64,000 nucleotides of DNA from Octopus vulgaris (taxonomy: Eukaryota). The notes under the pieces were generated by a model. That model was not told the origin of the DNA. It was given only the letters and a program-made list of their open reading frames with translations, and did not search any database. Positions within the stretch are counted from its first letter, which is position 1, and every line of letters starts with the position of its first letter. The stretch lies in the NCBI GenBank assembly GCA_951406725.2, contig OX597819.1, positions 112,096,001 to 112,160,000 on the forward strand. Reading direction: 5' to 3'. The position numbers were made by a program, and so were the translations under genes. Of the stretch, positions 14,719 to 28,760 are shown one piece after another.

Positions 14719-15025
14719 TGGAGGCACAATGGCCCAGTCATTAGGGTAGCGGACTCACGGTTGGAGGATCGCGGTTTCAATTCCCAGACCGGCCGTTGTG
14801 CGTGTTTACTGAGCGAAAATACCTAAAGTTCCACAAGGCTTCGGCAGGGAGTGGTGGCGACCCCTGCTGTACTCTTCCGCTGCAACTTTCTCTCACACTT
14901 TCTTCTGTTGGCCTGCTCGCTTAGCCAGTGGGGTGGCGTCATTTGAAGGCTAAAACAATGCGAAGCGCATTTTGACCAGCGATGTGTAGCAACATCTGAT
15001 AGCCTGGTTGGTCACGTGATCACGA
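14719..15025 (+). mobile_element. tRNA-derived SINE (related heads at ~44187-44420 and ~58665-58980)
   Basis: GGAGGCACAATGGCCCAGT A-box-like and GGTTTCAATTCCC B-box-like motifs, followed by a non-tRNA body. Confidence 0.7.
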
Positions 15026-15639
15026 CAAATATTAGCATAATGACATTTACATACAGAAGCAAAATTGATTTAATTCCTATTGCTAATTGAGAACAGCATC
15101 TCACCATTTGCAGCATTTGTTCCTGATTCAGTTGTCAAATCACTATCTTTATTAACAGTCTGAAATATCATTCAAAACTTGAGGGACTGAACCTGCAGTT
15201 CATTATCAATATTTGTACCATTGTTTATCTGCTCTGTATGAACTTGTATATGCTGTTCACCCTTCAGTCTCATACTATTAATTTCAGCCTGGGATATAAA
15301 TCTGATTTATGGTTTATTATTTCTTGGACACTGGCATGTAAAAAGCACCAACGGATCATGGCTGCTGCCAGCCTCCCCTGGCACCTGTGCCAGTGGTACA
15401 TAAAAAGCACCCACTACACTTACGGAGTGGTTAGCGTTAGGAAGGGGCATCCAGCTGTAGAAACACTGCCAGATCAGACTGGATCCTGTGCAGCCTCCTG
15501 GTTTCCCAGACCCCGGTTGAACCGTTCAACCTGTGCTAGCATGGAAAACGATGTTAAACGATGATGATGATGATGATGATGATGGTACACAACTAGAGCA
15601 GCAATGTCACAATAAATTGTTACTGGTCATCGTATTTGT

Positions 15640-18100
15640 TTGCCCATCAAAGCAGATGGAGTAAAAACGTTTCCTCAGTATAAGGGATTGTCTGATAAGT
15701 CAAAAGCATTTAGTTTAAACATGCATTAATAGAACCTATAGATGTTAAATGTGCATTGAAACCTATTTTAACACTTGCAACCTTTCTTCAGCAGCTCAAT
15801 TTGACTCTGCATGATATAGAGGCATTTTGGTGAGTTTATATCCAATCTTATCAAGCCGTATACACAACTTGTTATCATTGTTCTATATCACAGGCATTGT
15901 CAGGCATTAATGTTTCTGGACCACCATTTCTAGCAAACAACATTCTTAATACCTGCCCTTATCTGCTTTTGCATCTTTATTCTTAACTTTTATCGCTTCT
16001 GACCACCCACAGTATGCATCAATAAGTCTTATGACAAAAGTATGATCCATATCCACACATGCTTTAATATCTTTATTATGCTACGTCTATATGGTATGAA
16101 GTAATTCCAGTTTTGTTGGACATCTAACATATCATTCCACACATTTGTAGAACTCTGACCAATACATTTCTAATTTCAACCAATCCCTTAATAATGTTGG
16201 GCCACAATGAACCTTGTCAAGCATATCTTTTAATGTTCTTGAACAAGTTAGTGAAACAATTAATTTTCTGTTATGCAAGACACCACCTTCACTTGTTAAC
16301 TTATTTGTCAATGACTTAAATGGCCTTTCCATAACAGAACACTTGCTCCAGCTATTATTTAAAACTCATTGTGATACACTAGATAAAATATTATCATAGG
16401 CAGTTTCTAATTTTACATTTTTACATATCATAAATAAAGGGAGGGAAAAAAACCCACCACCACCACCATCACATTCATCCAAACATCATAAATTCCAGTT
16501 GGGGCATTGCATCAATCAATACATGGTATTTAGAGTTGGATAAAAATCTGAAACTCTGTCATTTACATCTACTTCACAGTCTCCCCATATCTGAATAACC
16601 CCATCGATTTATTACCAAAAGAGAGGCCCATTTAATACCAGAGGGAGGAACTTCTCTGAACGATCTTCGTTAATTAGTTCCCACAGTTTTACTATGACTA
16701 ATGGTTTAATGTGTATTGGGAATGGGTTTGCTTCAAAACAACATGGATTGTCATTTCCTCTGAGAAGAACGTTAACCTTAAAAATCCTCTAAATCTTTCA
16801 AATTGTCCTTGTGCTTCATCATGATTTAATGTTGAACTATCAACATTTATCACATCCATACCAAGTAAACCATATTTTTTATTTTCTATCACATTCTACA
16901 TCAAAGGCATTTTACAGTTTCTATGTTTTTATCAATTTCCATTAATGATTCAGACAGGGCCAAAATTTCAATGACTGATCTATAAAGGTGCTTTAGTTTG
17001 AGATTACACTTTCTTAATCTTGTTTATTCAAATTAATCCAGAATTCTAAAGTATCACAGTTTCCTGACTGCCATTTTCATCTAGTATCTTAATGTTTAAA
17101 AAATGCTGAGTTTTATATTGGTCTTTTATAGTTGCTTTGAACCAGTTTCATAAATACTTCCAGAATATTCATTTCCCAATTTCTGTAATTTATTCAGCTG
17201 TTTTTGTAAACATTGGTGCAGATGAGGCCAAGTGGTAACAAGCTTGTTTTCCAACCACATGGTTCTAGGTTCAGTCCCACTGCATGGCACTTTGGGCAAG
17301 TGTCTTCTACTATAGCCTCAGTCTGTCCAAAGCCTTGTGAGTGGATTTGGTAGACAAAAACTGAAAGAAGCCTGTTGTGTGTCTGTCTATGTGTGTGTGT
17401 GCATGCATGTGCACATGTGTGTATTTGTACCCCACCACTACTTGACAACCAGTGTTGGTGTGTTTACATCCCTATACCTTAGCAATTCAGGAAAAGAGAA
17501 TACAATAAAAAGCAGGCTTATAAGGGTTAGGGTTAGGGGTCAATTCATTTAACTAAAATTTCTTCAAGGTGTTGCCCCAGCATGACCACAGTCTAATGAC
17601 TGAAACAAATAAGAGATAGAAGTACAGTTAGAAACTGACCCTTTTATAAATTTACATTTCAAACTTGTTTACCAATTATAGGACATTTCCAGGGTTTATA
17701 TCCAAAAAACAGACGTTTACAGCCAAGTTTCTACTTGATTCTATCAATGTTACACAGTGACATCATCAAGATGACCCCTACACTTTGATTCCACCCCATC
17801 CACATCATCAGAAATTTAGAAATCAATTCAAGCTGGAGAATAAATTCAATATATGTATTAAGCCTTGGATTATCTGATTGAAGATATTCTAATACTCGGA
17901 TGATTACATAGCAACAATAAAAGTCTCATCTGAATTTTATCATCTTCTGAATTCTGTTCATTAGCTACAATTATTTTTGTTTTATTTATTCATTTATTTT
18001 AATTCACAAAAACAAGCTGACTATTAAATATCGAAAATAACTTTAAACGAATTCAGTCAGATTTTAATGTTATGATAAGCACCCTTTTAGTAATTATTGA
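15640..18100 (-). mobile_element. Degenerate Ty3/Gypsy-like LTR retrotransposon internal region (integrase clearest), interrupted by a SINE at ~17230-17620
   Basis: Minus-strand remnants LIDAYCGWSEAI, LRMLFARNGGPETLMPDNA and PLYHAESN (integrase core), and HCGPT..LKLEMYW (zinc-binding region). LTRs not identified. Confidence 0.75.
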
Positions 18101-18727
18101 TTTCTTTTGGAAATAACCTCACAACATAATCTCAAACCCACTATGAGCATAAATCCATTTGTTCAAGTTCTAGGAGGTGGCTTTTCGTATAAACCATCAT
18201 ACTTGATTTTGATAAAACAAATCATTTTTTTTTTCCCACTAGAGTCCAGAAGTTCCTTCATTTCAAAGCGGTTACAGTCAAGTTAGTGTCATCTGGTCAT
18301 CACGTAAAACTTCATTGTTACTAACTTACAAAACCTATGTTGTGCTGTACTGTATTTTAGCAAGTAAAGCCATTGTCACACGTGGTCCTTTACATTCAAA
18401 AGTATTATTCAACTGGACATCCAAGCTCCAAGATTGATCTGGTAGCCTAGCCACCTTAAACAGCCTTAATCAGCTTGTGAAATGCATGCTAACAATATTA
18501 GCATAACAAATACATCACAGCCTATGCATGAATTTGGATAGCAGATCTTCAGGGTAAGTTAATGAATAATAGACTGGCATCCTATCCAAGAGGAGATGTG
18601 TCTCTTCAATCAGAGAAAATGTTACAAAATCTAAAATTTAATCAACTCTCTAATGGACCCTTGATGTTTAGGGAAGGATTAATTTTGCAATGTCACGTCA
18701 CCGTAGCCACCTTTCATGTTAAACTAT

Positions 18728-19870
18728 ATCATCATCATCATTTAATGCCTGTTGTCCAAGCTGGCATGGGTTAGACAGTTTGACTGGACTGGCACACTGG
18801 AAGGCTGCACCAGACTTCAATCTGATTTGGCATGGTTTTCTATTGCTGGGTGCCTTTCCTAATGCCAACCACTCCGAGAGTGTTATGGGTGCTTTTATGT
18901 GCCATTTGTTTGATACCAGGGTGTGTTTATGTGCCACCGGCATGGGTGCCAATTTGCATGACACTGGTATCTTCCATGACTGTGATTTTGCTCGGCTTGA
19001 TCAGTCTTCTTCTCAAGCATGACATAATACCAAAGGTCTTGGTCATTGCTTCTGTGAGGCCCAACGCTCAAAAGGAACTCAGCCACCTTGCCTCTGTGAG
19101 GCCCAACGCTTGAGAAGAACTCAGCCACTTTGCCTTCTTGAGGCCCAATGCTGGAGAGGAAATCAGCCACTTTGCCTTCGTGAGGCCCAATGTTAAAAAA
19201 ATGTTCATTATGCGCCACTATAATGGGTGCACTTGGCTTGACAGGTCCTCTCAAGCACAGCTAATTGCTAAAGGTCTTGGTCATCAGTCATCGCCTATGT
19301 GAGGCTCAAAGCTCAAAGGTCATGCTTCACTACTTCATCCCATGTCTTTTGGGTCTACCTCTACAACAGGTTCCCTCCACAGTTAGAGATCGGCACTTCT
19401 TTACACAGCTGTCCTTGTCCATATGTATCATGTGATCATACCAGTGCAGTCATCTCTCTTGCACACCACATCTGATTCCTCTTATGCCTAACTTTTCTCT
19501 CAAGGTACTTACACTCTGTTGAGCATGCACACTGACATTGCACATCGAACAAAACATACTGGCTTCATTTCTTTCAAGCCTACACATGTCCTCAGCTGTC
19601 ATACCCCATGTTTCATTGCTATGCAGCATAGCTGTTTGCACACAGGCATCAAACAATTTGCATTTCACTCTGAGAGAGAGGCCTTTGTTGCCAGCAGGGG
19701 TAGGAGCTCTCTGAACTCTGCCCAGCCTAATCTTATTCTCACAGTTACACTCTCGGAGTATCCACCTCCACTACTAACTTGGTCACCTAGATAATGGAAG
19801 CTATCTACTACCTCTAGCTTGCCTCTCTGGGAGCTGATGGAGTCTATTTTCTGCACATTTTCAGTGTTTA
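18728..19870 (-). mobile_element. 5'-truncated RTE-clade LINE with 3' UTR and (GAT)n tail
   Basis: ORF fragments LEVVDSFHYLGDQVSSGGG..RIRLGWAEFRELLPLL and LFDACVQTAMLHSNETW; 42-bp tandem units at 19050-19200; tail shared with the many short (CAT)n-ended repeats. Confidence 0.9.
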
Positions 19871-20099
19871 TATATCTTTCAATAAATGAGAGAGAAAGCT
19901 TCTATGTGATTGCTTGGCCTGCTAGATATAGAGCAGCAGAATCAATAAAGTACAATGTTTGAGTCGTAGCAAGGTCAATGTTATCTTTCATTCTTTTGGG
20001 GTTAACAAAATAAAAGTACTAGTGATGCACTGGGGTTGATATAATAAACTATCCTCCTCAAAAAGGTATTTTTCGATGTTATTATTATTATTATTATTA

Positions 20100-20645
20100 T
20101 TACTACTAAGTGAGAGAACAGTGCATGCCATCAAAGTGACATTGGGGTAAAATATATGAAGCCCAGTATACTCATCATGAATACCCGTCTGATAAGGCTA
20201 CACCAGGCACATGCATCACAACCATGTGTGCACAACATGGTGATCTCATATCAAGATAAACAGCACATGACCTTGCAGGTGGGGCCCAGTTAAAATTTTC
20301 TTCAGGTTGAGTAGCCCATCCCACTCAAAACGTCCCTGAATAAGGGCTGTTTAAGGATGAGAATGAAGCACACACTTTGAGGTGAATTATTCAAACCCCA
20401 AAGACATGGCTATGATGCTTCCCCACTACTTCTGCTCATGATCAGAGAGTCATATATTGTCAAACACCAAGGGAATGCTCAGCTGGTTATGGTCAAACAA
20501 CAGACAAGCAAATTTGTGGTATTGAGCAGAATATTTGTTGTAGTCCATCTTTTACACCAAGACAAAACATGTTTGTGATAACACTTCCAATCAGTTAAGA
20601 TCAGAAGCCATGAGAGCCATTGTCTGGTACAGCATCAGGGCATAT
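20100..20645 (-). mobile_element. Unclassified interspersed repeat with (TAA)n tail (SINE or LINE 3' end)
   Basis: Bounded by trinucleotide runs and more GC-rich than its flanks; recognised as an octopus-type repeat from memory only. Confidence 0.5.
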
Positions 20646-21049
20646 CATTACTACTACTACTACTACTGCTGCTGCTGACACTTCCAACAGGAAAGTCTTT
20701 GTGTTACCATTCTTGATTACACCATCTGACATATTGAGACATCCAGCAACAATTCAAATAACCTCCAGTTATGTCTTGCAGAATCACAGAGAAGCTTGCC
20801 TTACTTTTGTTTTTCTGACAGAATATGAAGACGTGAAGAAAACATTGCAAGAGGGGTGTTAATCATTTCAAACAAGAAAGAGAGAGAGAAGGAGGAAATA
20901 GAAACAGACAGACAGGGAGAAAAATAAAGACAAACAGACAGGTGGGTATAGAGTTGTGTGAGTGTGACAGTGAGCACATGCACATGTACAGGAATGTGCG
21001 AGGAACAAAAGAAACAATTTCAGAAAGAATTTCTTTTTCAGTATTTGAA

Positions 21050-23700
21050 ACAAAATGCCAGTGAAAAAATTTAAAAGTACAAATATTTTTTAAAAGGACA
21101 TTTCTCCAATAGTACTAGTAAAAATAACAACAATCTAGATAGGAGTTGCTTGAAGACAGAATTGTAAAAAAGCATATCAAAGTATGAACAGCTCTATTAA
21201 AAAAAAAAACATAACAAATGCTTCAAGCTGAAAGGCCCCAGGTCCGGATTGAATTAACATTCTGGATAAAAACTTTCACAATTAAATTGCACAAAGTGCA
21301 TTTATACTTGCATGCTGCCTAACAGAAGTATGCCATCATATCAGAAAAAAAGACTGACTATCCTTCAGAAAGGTAAGATAAGGGACACTGAAGTAAACAA
21401 CTATGGTCCTAGGTCATTCTCAATGCAGCAGACAGACCTTCAAATCAGTGGTATTCAAGCTATGACCAGTGTGCCAATATTGGAAACCCTGAGAAAGGGC
21501 AATATCCACTGAACTGCCCTTTCTGTTTAGGCAAAGCAAAAAGTGAAAAACTTTTGTTTTCATTAAAGTAGGTTTGAACAACTGCATAGAAATACTGTAG
21601 AGGGGCAAAAATGTCCAATTCATGCAAAAATGGAAAAATATATGTATGATGATGTTGATGATGAAATATTAAAATTGATTGGTGTTTTGATGGAAGTTTT
21701 GAGGTTTTCCTCCATCCATCCAAGTATCATCATTGCCCATTTATTCCTGTTAGGGTCGAGGGGGCAGAATCTTCAGACATGTCCTTCCTGAAGGTTTTAT
21801 CAGAAGTAACTATCACCAAATGATGTTGATAGATCTTCAGGCAGGACCTACCAAGGCTATATTATCCAACCATCTTACTCATGATCTACCTCTAGATAAA
21901 ACTGCCACTGTGTCAAGAATCCTTGGCTAAAACTGTGATAGAAAGAGAAGTTTTCCAAGGATATTTCCCACCTTTTGTCATTGTGCTCATTAACCTGTTT
22001 TATTACAAAACAGGAAACCAAAGGTAACATCTATTTGAGAGGAACAATGAAGAAATCAACAAAAAACTATCATGGATGACCTCAACCTTCACACTCAGTC
22101 AGAAGTGGCTGGATTCTTTGATACAGTCTATAAGAATAGAATATCCAGCAGAAATATTGGTTTTAAATTTTGGCACAAGGCCAGCAAGTTCAGGGGATGG
22201 GGCTAGTTAATTACATCAATTAAAGGGCTCAGCTAGTATTTATTTTATCAACCCTGAAAGGACGAAAGGCAAAATCAACCTCGGTGGCGCATGAACTCAG
22301 AATGCAAAGATAGACAAAATGCTGCTAAGCAATTTTGCCAGCCATAATGATTCTATTGTGATGTAATTTGATATGTGAAAGGATGTCACACTGTTAATAC
22401 AGAGAGAAAAGGGACAGGGAAGTTTGAAGAGGAAAGTAGGAGAAGAGTCAGGGAAATCTTAGAAAGAAAATTAAACAGAATGAATATGATTAAAGGGTTC
22501 AACATACTGGCAATGCTAATAGTGAGATATTTAGCAGTTTTTATTCAAGAGTTGATGGGAAATAGACTTGAGGAAATGTATAGGGAAACCAGAAAGACTT
22601 TAACAACTTATAATACAGTAGTTTTAGGAGACTGTACACAGCAATAAAAGGGGAAGGTATAGGGGTGAATGGTGCAACAGATATAGTACATGTAGTGGTT
22701 CTAGCAGGAAGGAGATATGTTAGGGAACAGGAATAGAATCTTATATGTCAAGAAGATTAATGGTAAATATATAGAAGTATAGACAACAAAAAAATATCGT
22801 TATAAATAACAGAAAAGTTATAAACAAAAGAATGGAGATAAAATAGGAGAAACTGGATAGAAAGAGTGTTACATGATCAGTTTGTTTAGCAATGAGAAGA
22901 TATATCCAGAAGAAAAGTAGGATAGACTCAATAACGATAAAGTACTAAAGAGGAAGGAGAATAGAATCAGGACTATATAAGAACAAGTAATGAAGGCGAC
23001 TCTATCTGCTAGAAATAACAGCTGTATATCCTTCAAATCATTCCACTGTGTTACAATAAGAATATTGGATAATGTTGTCATAGATCTTCAGACATGTCCT
23101 TCCTGAAGGAAAGAAGACAGGATGGTCATGGTTAGAACATCTTTGGTTATAAACATACTTGATCAAAACTGTCTTGAAGTTAAACAAGGACAACAAACCT
23201 TGTTTAAACGAAAAAATAGACTGAAACGAATGATATCGTATGTGTTGTATGTGTAGGTAAGTCAACAAAATTGTCAACCATTTTAGTGTGTGTAATACAA
23301 TAAGATAGCAGAGAGAAAATGAGAAGAGAGAAAAAAAGTTTTAAAAGATGTAACAAGATAGAGAAAAAAACAATAATAAAAGTTGTATAGAGTAAAACAT
23401 ACTGGAAGATAAATTAGAAATTTGGCTTGAAGGGAGATTAAAAGATGGCACCAACAGAAGCCAAAAATCTGTTGTTGAAAATAATTATTGCAAGATCATG
23501 TGGATTTTCTGCAAGCAAAGTGATCCTGTAGCAGAAACACAGAGACTAGATATGACTGCAACAGAGAAGAGAAGGGAAGTATGAAGGACGATAGATTTTT
23601 ACTGCATGGAAGAAGTGTTGGAGAAAGTAGAGAGCCAACAGAATCATTTGCATGTTGGACTAAATGCTAAGTGACATTTCTTCCAGGTCTTTGGAATCAG
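21050..23700 (+). mobile_element. Fragments of R4/Dong-like (RLE) LINE, interrupted by SINEs
   Basis: KGPRSG..FWIKTF, MDDLNL and ILERKLNRMNMIKGFNILAMLIVRY..EEMYRETRK resemble R4/Dong RT motifs. Confidence 0.7.
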
Positions 23701-23704
23701 AATT

Positions 23705-24076
23705 GAATCAGGAGGGTGATTACATTTGAGGTAAATGGAGCACAAAAGCAAGGTAGACCGAGGAAAAGGTGGAGTGGTCAGGTGGTGGAGGAGATTGGGA
23801 GGGTTGGTTTGAACAGGGAGGATGCCCCAAACCAGGAAAGATGGCAAGATGGTGTGAGGGAAGTTGCTATGGCGTTGAGGAAGATCCGACCACCCCTGTT
23901 AACGGGGACAAAACCTGGATTTAAAATTGGCGTTAGGAAGGGCATCCAGCTGCAGAAACTCTGCCAGATCAGATTGGAGCCAGGTGCAGCCATCTGGTTC
24001 ACAAGGCCTCAGTCAAATCGCCCAACCCATGCTAGCATGGAAAGATGACATTAAACGATGATGATGATGATGATGA
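23705..24076 (+). mobile_element. RTE LINE C-terminal fragment followed by (GAT)n-tailed RTE-type 3' end
   Basis: EVNGAQKQGRPRKRW...LNREDAPNQERW; tail TTAAACGATGATGATG. Confidence 0.75.
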
Positions 24077-25769
24077 ATTGAACTTTCAATAACTGAGTTG
24101 CTGAAAACTGACATCCTATATTCTGTGAAAATCTTTCATAGTCTTTGAGATTTGAGGGAACTTGTCACTAAATCTCAAGATATGATTCTTTTAATATAAT
24201 TATCAAGAAGCTATGATGTAATAATGATAATGACGATCCTTTCTACAATAGGCATAAGGGCTAAAATCTGGAAAAAAGGGGTTAAATCAATTACATCAAC
24301 CCCAGTGTTCAACAAGTAATTAATTCACTGATCCTGAAAGGATGAAAAGTAAAGTCAACCTTGATAAAATCTGAACTCAGAATGTAAATCTGGTAAAATG
24401 CCTTAAGCATTTTGTGCAGCATGCTAACCATTCTGCCAGCTCACTGCCTCAACAACAACCATCACCATAATGACGACGATGATTGTTTCAAATTTTGGCA
24501 CAGTAATTTTGAAGGGAGGGGTAAATTGATTACATCAACCCCAGTACTTGGCTGATACTTTATTTTATCGACCCTGAAAGAATGAACAGTAAAGTCTACC
24601 TTGGCAGCATTTGAACACAGAGAACAGGAACAAATACCACAAAACATTCTTGCCAATGCTCTAACAGCTCTTCTAATTTCCATTTTGTTTTTTCCCCATA
24701 ATAAAATGTTACACTCTATATTTGAGAATTAGCTATGATCCAATATTACACAATTATATAATCATTCATGTTTTAGGTATGTATATCTTGCGTGTGTGTG
24801 TGTTTGTGTGCATGAATGTGCATATTGAGAACAGAGTGATAAAATGCACATGTTTATCGTTTGCCTTAAAGCTAATGTTAGCTCAGTTATTTTCACTTGT
24901 AATTATCGAATTTTCTTAAAAGAACTCAGTGCCACCCCAGAACAATATTTCCTGTTTAAAGAAAACTATATGCAGACTATTACAAACTCATAATTAAACT
25001 GACTACACCTTTTTCCTGATAATTAGTGAAACTGTGCAGATCTCATACATAATCATATATAATTATATTTTAGGTATGTTATATTATAAATAAATATAAA
25101 AGAGATGACAGAATCAGTAGAAAGCAGGAAAAAATGTTTCTTACAAGTTTATTTAGTACTCTTTAGATGCTGAGTTCAAATCCCACAGGAGCTGACTTCA
25201 CTTTCCATGATTCCAGGTTTGACAGAATAAATTACCAGTCAAATAAAGGGATTGATTAAACTGACATTTCCTTTCTACAAATATGTGACCTTAAGTATTG
25301 TCAATGTTAAGGGCAGCAGGCTGGCAGAATCTTCCAGTGCTAGAGAAAATGCTTAGCAGCATCTCTTCTAGCATTGTATTCTGGTTTCAAATTCTGTCAA
25401 GGTCGATGTTACCTTTCATTCTTTTGGGGGTTGATAAAATAAGTATCAGCCAAGTACCGGTACCAATGAAACTGACTTACCCCCTCATCTTCAAAATTGC
25501 TAGGCTTGTGCCAAAATTAGAAAAAATTAAAGGCAGTGATCTGGTAGAAGTGTTAGCATGCCAGACAAAAGGCCTGGTGGCATTTTGTCTGTCTTTACAT
25601 TCTGAGATCAAACTCTGTTGAGGTTGGCTTTGCTTTTCATCCTTTCAGGCTCGACAAAATACGTACCAGAAGAGCACTGGGGTCAAGTTAATTGACTAGC
25701 ACCCCTATCCCCAAATTTCAGGTCTTGTGCCTATTGTAGAAAGGCCTGAAATTTGAGGGGAGTATACAG

Positions 25770-26276
25770 TTATATATTTAAGAGATGAGGAATTATGTAC
25801 ATTATTTACATTCGATGGATATTTGTCCTCATTTTGTTTGTTGTTAACACAATGTTTCAGCTGATATACCCTCCAGCCTTCTTCAGGTGTCTTGGGGAAA
25901 TTTCGAACCTGGGTTCTCATTCCTAAGGTATATTTCAATGTTACTATTATTATTAGTGTTCAAGTCACTGCTTGGAATCGAACTTGGAATCTTGGGGTTA
26001 GTAGCACGTGCCCATGGGCATATGACACAGTGGTTAAGAGCGCGGGCTACTAATCTCAAGATTCCAGGTTCAATTCCAAGCAGTGACCTGAACACTAATA
26101 ATAATAATAATAATAATTTTAATAACAACATCGAAAAATACCTTAGGAATGAGAACCCAGGTTTGAAATTTCCCCAAGACACCTGAAGAAAGTTGGAGGG
26201 TATATCAGCCAAAACTAGTTAACAACAAACAATATGAGGACAGATATCTGTTGAATTTAAATAATGTAAATAATGT
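25770..26276. mobile_element. Head-to-head palindromic element: tRNA-like head + (TAA)n + Penelope-like tail with hammerhead-like core
   Basis: Arms of ~220 bp inverted about TGCCCATGGGCA (26009-26020); A box 26023-26033, B box 26067-26077; CTGAAGA..GGCTG/CAGC..GAAAC motif. Confidence 0.75.
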
Positions 26277-28415
26277 TTGGGTGGAGTATTTAATTCGATT
26301 ACATTGACCTCAGTACTTAACTGGTACTTATTTTATTGACCTCTGAAAGGATGAAAGGCAAAGTCGACCTCAGCAGAATTTGAACACAGAACATGTAGAT
26401 GGATGAAACACTGCTAAGCATTTTGTCTGGTGTGCTAATGATTCTGCCAATTTGCCACCTTAATAATAAGTATATTAAATATAGAAGAAAGAAATTTCAA
26501 TTGCAGAAGAAATTAGGAATTGGTCAGCTACAGACTACAACCCATGCTGGAAAATCATCATCGTTTAACATCCGTTCTCCATGCTAGCATGGGTTGGACG
26601 GTTCGACCGGGGATCTGGGAAGCCAGAAGGCTGCATCAGGCTCCAGTCTGATCTGGCAGTGTTTCTACAGCTGGATGCCCTTCCTAATACAAAAATGAAT
26701 GTTAAAACAATGAAGGTGGTGATGATGATGAGGATGATAATAAAGAATACAGGGAGCCTCTATGCAATCACTTGATCTCCTACAAATATTTAGCCAGCCC
26801 TCCCTTAAATTACTGTGTGCTATTTTAACAAGGAAAGAATATTCAGGATACTGTAGTCTGAAATACATTTTGGGTAAAAGACTGAGTGTTAGGAAATGGG
26901 CCATAAGACATAATTAATTATGATTGCAACACTATTCCATGTGGAATGCCAAAGAATCAGGAAATACCATGTTGGTTTCAATTCTTTGAATAGATTTTTA
27001 TCGGAAATATTTAATTGGAATTCTTTAAATGGAGGCAAGGAAAAAGAGGGAGAAGTAAAAAAGTTTAGCAGTACTGAATCACTCTTCATAATGATCTGGA
27101 AAGGTCATGGGTGTCAACATGGGAACCGTTATCAGATATCTCACCATTCATATCTGATTAACATAAAACCAGAAATTGGTTAATGAAGACCCAGATATGC
27201 TTTGAATAATAGATGGAATGGTCATGGCTGCGACACTTTTTATCATAGTTCAGTTGGGATAGAGGTGACAGGGTGTTAAAGAGTAATCTCATTATTGTGA
27301 CTCACCATCACCTTTATCACCAACACAATACCATGGCACATCCCAACCACATGGTTTCAGGTTTAGTTCCCAGTGTGACTCTGGGTAAGCGCTTTCTACT
27401 ACAGCCCTAGACTGACTAAAGCCTTGTGACTGGATTTGGTAGATGGAAATTGAAAGAAATCTGTTTTGTGAGTGTGTGTGTATGTGTGTCATTATTTACT
27501 ATCCGTGTTCCTTGCTAGCATGGATTGGATGGTTTTGACAGGATCTAGGAGCTCAAGGATTGCCTTCTGCTCCATTGCCTACTCCGGCATGGTTTCTATG
27601 GCTGGGAGCTATATGTATGTGCAAAATGGTGGCGGTTGAGAGAAAAATGGGAGTAAGGAGAAGGTGTTTAGGAAGGAAGAGGGGAGCATGAGAAAAAGGG
27701 GGCATGGGGGTGGTGGGGTGGAGGAGGTTAAAGCACACATCTAACAAAACCACTGTTTTCTACAGGGAAGACACTTGAGGAAAGCTTCAAATACATTAAT
27801 TTGTAAAAATATCCATCTCATGTGTTGTAGCAATAACAATCAGTAAATAGTTGAATATTAAGACATATTTCTTTCGTGCCATTCTTTCTTGACTTTAGCA
27901 AAAATATGTGAAGATGAAAAAGAAAAGAGAGAGTGAGGAGAGAAAAGAAGAAAGTGTGAGAGAGTAGGAGAGAGAAAGAGAGAGAGAGAAAGGGTGGGGT
28001 GGGGCAAGTAAAAAAAATTTAGAGAAATCCCTTATATGCATCAGAAGTAATATTAGATTAAAATAGCCATATGTGTGTCATACTTAATGTAAAAACATCA
28101 CAAAAAATAAGTTACTACAGCATTTGTCTAGAGATAGTATCTTTAATGGATGTACAGTGTTTAAAAACAAACTATTTTGGCAGCAGACAAAAATCATCCT
28201 GTGCTGCCAGGTGACTGTGATAAATGTGCATTTCTGTCTTGTTGAGATTTGTCAGCAGTACGTACTCACTGCCAACCATGCTAACACAAAAATCCCTTGG
28301 GCATCCACTATACATTTTATACATATCACATCTATAAGAAATACTATATCTGGATGACTACTGCAGTAAATTTGTTTTCTTGTGATATATTTATATTGTG
28401 ATATATAGATGGCTA

Positions 28416-28760
<345 letters not shown>

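Noticed and set aside
14719-14795. tRNA gene candidates (also ~26020, ~36340, ~44187)
   Set aside because: A/B boxes are present but there is no complete cloverleaf, and each runs into a repeat body; these are SINE heads.
17521-17540. TTAGGG telomere-like run
   Set aside because: Only 2-3 units inside a SINE tail; insufficient for an interstitial telomere call.
25883-26212. Two mirror-image ~100-aa ORFs on opposite strands
   Set aside because: Artefact of the palindrome; no protein-family resemblance.
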